A DNA stretch of 41,592 nucleotides from Candidatus Zixiibacteriota bacterium (GTDB lineage Bacteria; Zixibacteria; MSB-5A5; WJJR01), in NCBI GenBank assembly GCA_036170655.1, contig JAVHPP010000091.1:1-41592 (forward strand), read 5' to 3'. Numbering within the stretch: the stretch's first letter is position 1; each line of letters begins with the position of its first letter. Positions 39,839 through 41,592 of the stretch are shown piece by piece. Under the pieces are notes generated by a model, which saw only the letters and a list, made by a program, of their open reading frames with translations, was not told where the DNA came from and searched no databases. The position numbers and the translations under genes are program-made.

Positions 39839-40744
39839 ATGCAATCAGGAAGAAGCAGGCAGGAAGCAGGCCTGACAAGACAGACGGAAACGATCGTGTC
39901 CATCGACGGCCGGATCAGACGCGGAGCCGCCGCAACAATCTCGGTCCACGACTGGGGGTTCCGCTACGGATGGGGAGCATTCGAGACAATCCGTATCTAT
40001 GAGGGGCGGCCCGTTTTCCTGTGGCAACACCTCGAGAGGCTCGCCCGTACAGCACGGGTCCTGCTTCTTGCGGAAACGGACGAATCGGGATGGTGGCGGA
40101 AGGAGATCCGGCATGTCGTGAACCGCACACAAACCGGTCGCGCGGCTTTGAATTTGTACTGGACACGTGGTGAAGCGCCATCGTTCGCGGGGCATCGGAT
40201 CGTTTGCGTCCGTCCGCTGCCTGCCCAAAAACAGGGTTCCTGCAGGGGGTGGATTGCACCCTGGCCGGTCGAGCCACGCGCACCGGGCATTGGCGCCAAG
40301 ACCCTGGCCTACCTGCCCTATACGTTCTCCGCCGTCTGCGCTCAGGCAGCAGGATTCGACGACGCGCTCCTCTTGAATACCCACCAGCGGGTTGCGGACG
40401 TCGCCGGCGCGTCGCTGTTTATCATCGACAAGGGACGTCTGCTCACCCCCCCTGTCGATGAAGGCGCCCTCCCGGGAATAACACGGGGAGTCGTGCTGAC
40501 CGAAGCCAAACAACTGGGCATCCCGGCAAAGGTTATGCCTGTGCCACGGAAACGGCTGTTATCAGCCGACGCGGTCTTCTTGACCTCGGCGCTGCGCGGA
40601 ATACGTGTGGTGCGCCAGATCGACGGGCGCCGTGTCTCCGCGTCGCCTGCGGCACGGCAGATCATCGACCGTCTGCGACGGGGGTATGCACTGGCAGTCC
40701 GCGACGATCTGGCGGGTTTCTCATGGCAGACGAGCAAACCATAA
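39839..40744 (+). CDS. pabC: Aminotransferase class IV, probable 4-amino-4-deoxychorismate lyase
   Basis: D.GFRYGWGAFET, HLERL, KT..Y, LPGITR and FLTS motifs; follows pabB. Confidence 0.8.
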   Translation: MQSGRSRQEAGLTRQTETIVSIDGRIRRGAAATISVHDWGFRYGWGAFETIRIYEGRPVFLWQHLERLARTARVLLLAETDESGWWRKEIRHVVNRTQTGRAALNLYWTRGEAPSFAGHRIVCVRPLPAQKQGSCRGWIAPWPVEPRAPGIGAKTLAYLPYTFSAVCAQAAGFDDALLLNTHQRVADVAGASLFIIDKGRLLTPPVDEGALPGITRGVVLTEAKQLGIPAKVMPVPRKRLLSADAVFLTSALRGIRVVRQIDGRRVSASPAARQIIDRLRRGYALAVRDDLAGFSWQTSKP

Positions 40745-40822
40745 CCCCTGACAATTTCTGTTGACACGGTCGCCCGGTAGCGGATTCTTGCATTTGGCAG
40801 GGGTTATCCGAGAGGGGGTACT

Positions 40823-41592
40823 ATGCGTTACCATGCGCCCGTGACCGGGCTTGTATTTGTGGGTTTGCTACTGGGATCGAGCCTTGATGCGTCGGCTCAG
40901 TGGCCGCGCCGCGACCGGCGTCCAGCCGAAAACGAAGACAAGACCGTCGCGACCGACGGCATGCAGGCACCGCGAAGGATGATCGACGCACCCACAGCCG
41001 GGACGCTGGCGCGGGGTTCTTTTGACACCGAGTTGCGCGCGTTTCCCCAGGGAGGCGTGCTGGGCATCCTCCAGATTGGCCTGACCAACCACTGGCAGAT
41101 CGGCCTCAGCTACGGCGGAACCGAGATGATTTCCTCATCGGATCCGAATTGGAACCCACGGATGCAGTTTCTGACCAAGGTGCAGCTCGTCGGGGAAAGC
41201 ATGGCATTCCCGGCCGTCGCAGTGGGTTTCGAAGAGCAGGGATTCGGCCCATGGATCGATTCGTTGCACCGTTACGAGTCAAAGTCGAAGGGTTTCTACG
41301 CGGTCGCGTCGAAGGGATACCGGGGAAGCGGATTCACGTCATCCATGCACGGCGGAGTCAACTACTCCCGTGAGGACCGCAGCGACAATGACATCGACTT
41401 CTTCTTCGGCGCCGACATGCGGTTCAACACAAATCTGGGTCTGGTCGCCGAATACGACATGGGGCTCAATGATGACCGGCCGCCCAGATCACTGGGGAAG
41501 GGGCGCGGGTACCTGAACTTTGGCGTGCGCTGGACCATGCTGGAACGGTTGCAGATGGAAGCCAATCTCAAAGACTTGTTGGCGAATCGTCG
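40823..41592 (+). CDS. YjbH-like outer-membrane beta-barrel protein; 3' end runs off the window
   Basis: Translated by hand from ATG 40823 (SD GAGGGGG): signal peptide MRYHAPVTGLVFVGLLLGSSLDASA/Q, then IDAPTAGTL, GLSYGG, PAVAVGF, KSKGFYAVASK, AEYD and GYLNFGVRW; open to the window end. Confidence 0.8.
   Translation, partial: MRYHAPVTGLVFVGLLLGSSLDASAQWPRRDRRPAENEDKTVATDGMQAPRRMIDAPTAGTLARGSFDTELRAFPQGGVLGILQIGLTNHWQIGLSYGGTEMISSSDPNWNPRMQFLTKVQLVGESMAFPAVAVGFEEQGFGPWIDSLHRYESKSKGFYAVASKGYRGSGFTSSMHGGVNYSREDRSDNDIDFFFGADMRFNTNLGLVAEYDMGLNDDRPPRSLGKGRGYLNFGVRWTMLERLQMEANLKDLLANR

Overview
GC-rich Gram-negative bacterial chromosomal segment. Gene content and the Cys-rich secreted protein at the left edge suggest the FCB group, probably Zixibacteria-like (inference). 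Left to right: (1) a truncated large secreted Cys-rich protein, missed by the ORF track, behind an ~820-nt structured leader; (2) an rpmE-DUF1385-prfA-prmC operon interrupted by tldD-tldE and a small twin-arginine ORF; (3) a six-gene tricarboxylate module: ferredoxin-fused ATP-grasp CoA-ligase beta subunit, CoA-ligase alpha subunit, citryl-CoA lyase, HD-variant protein, fungal-type single-chain homoaconitase, and a divergent (homo)isocitrate dehydrogenase with an NADP-type motif; (4) gatC-kdsB-pyrG-kdsA-kdsC-kdsD-lptC; (5) M24 peptidase, PaaI thioesterase, NUDIX hydrolase and three small hypothetical genes; (6) ECF sigma, anti-sigma, HtrA-like protein with a substituted catalytic triad, tamB, Omp85, C26 amidotransferase, iscS, mnmA; (7) pabB-pabC and a truncated YjbH-like outer-membrane protein. 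No tRNA, rRNA, CRISPR array or transposase was seen; one REP-like palindrome is present. The strongest candidate for an undescribed system is the tricarboxylate module (9699-17031). All family calls come from motif recognition by eye, not database searches.
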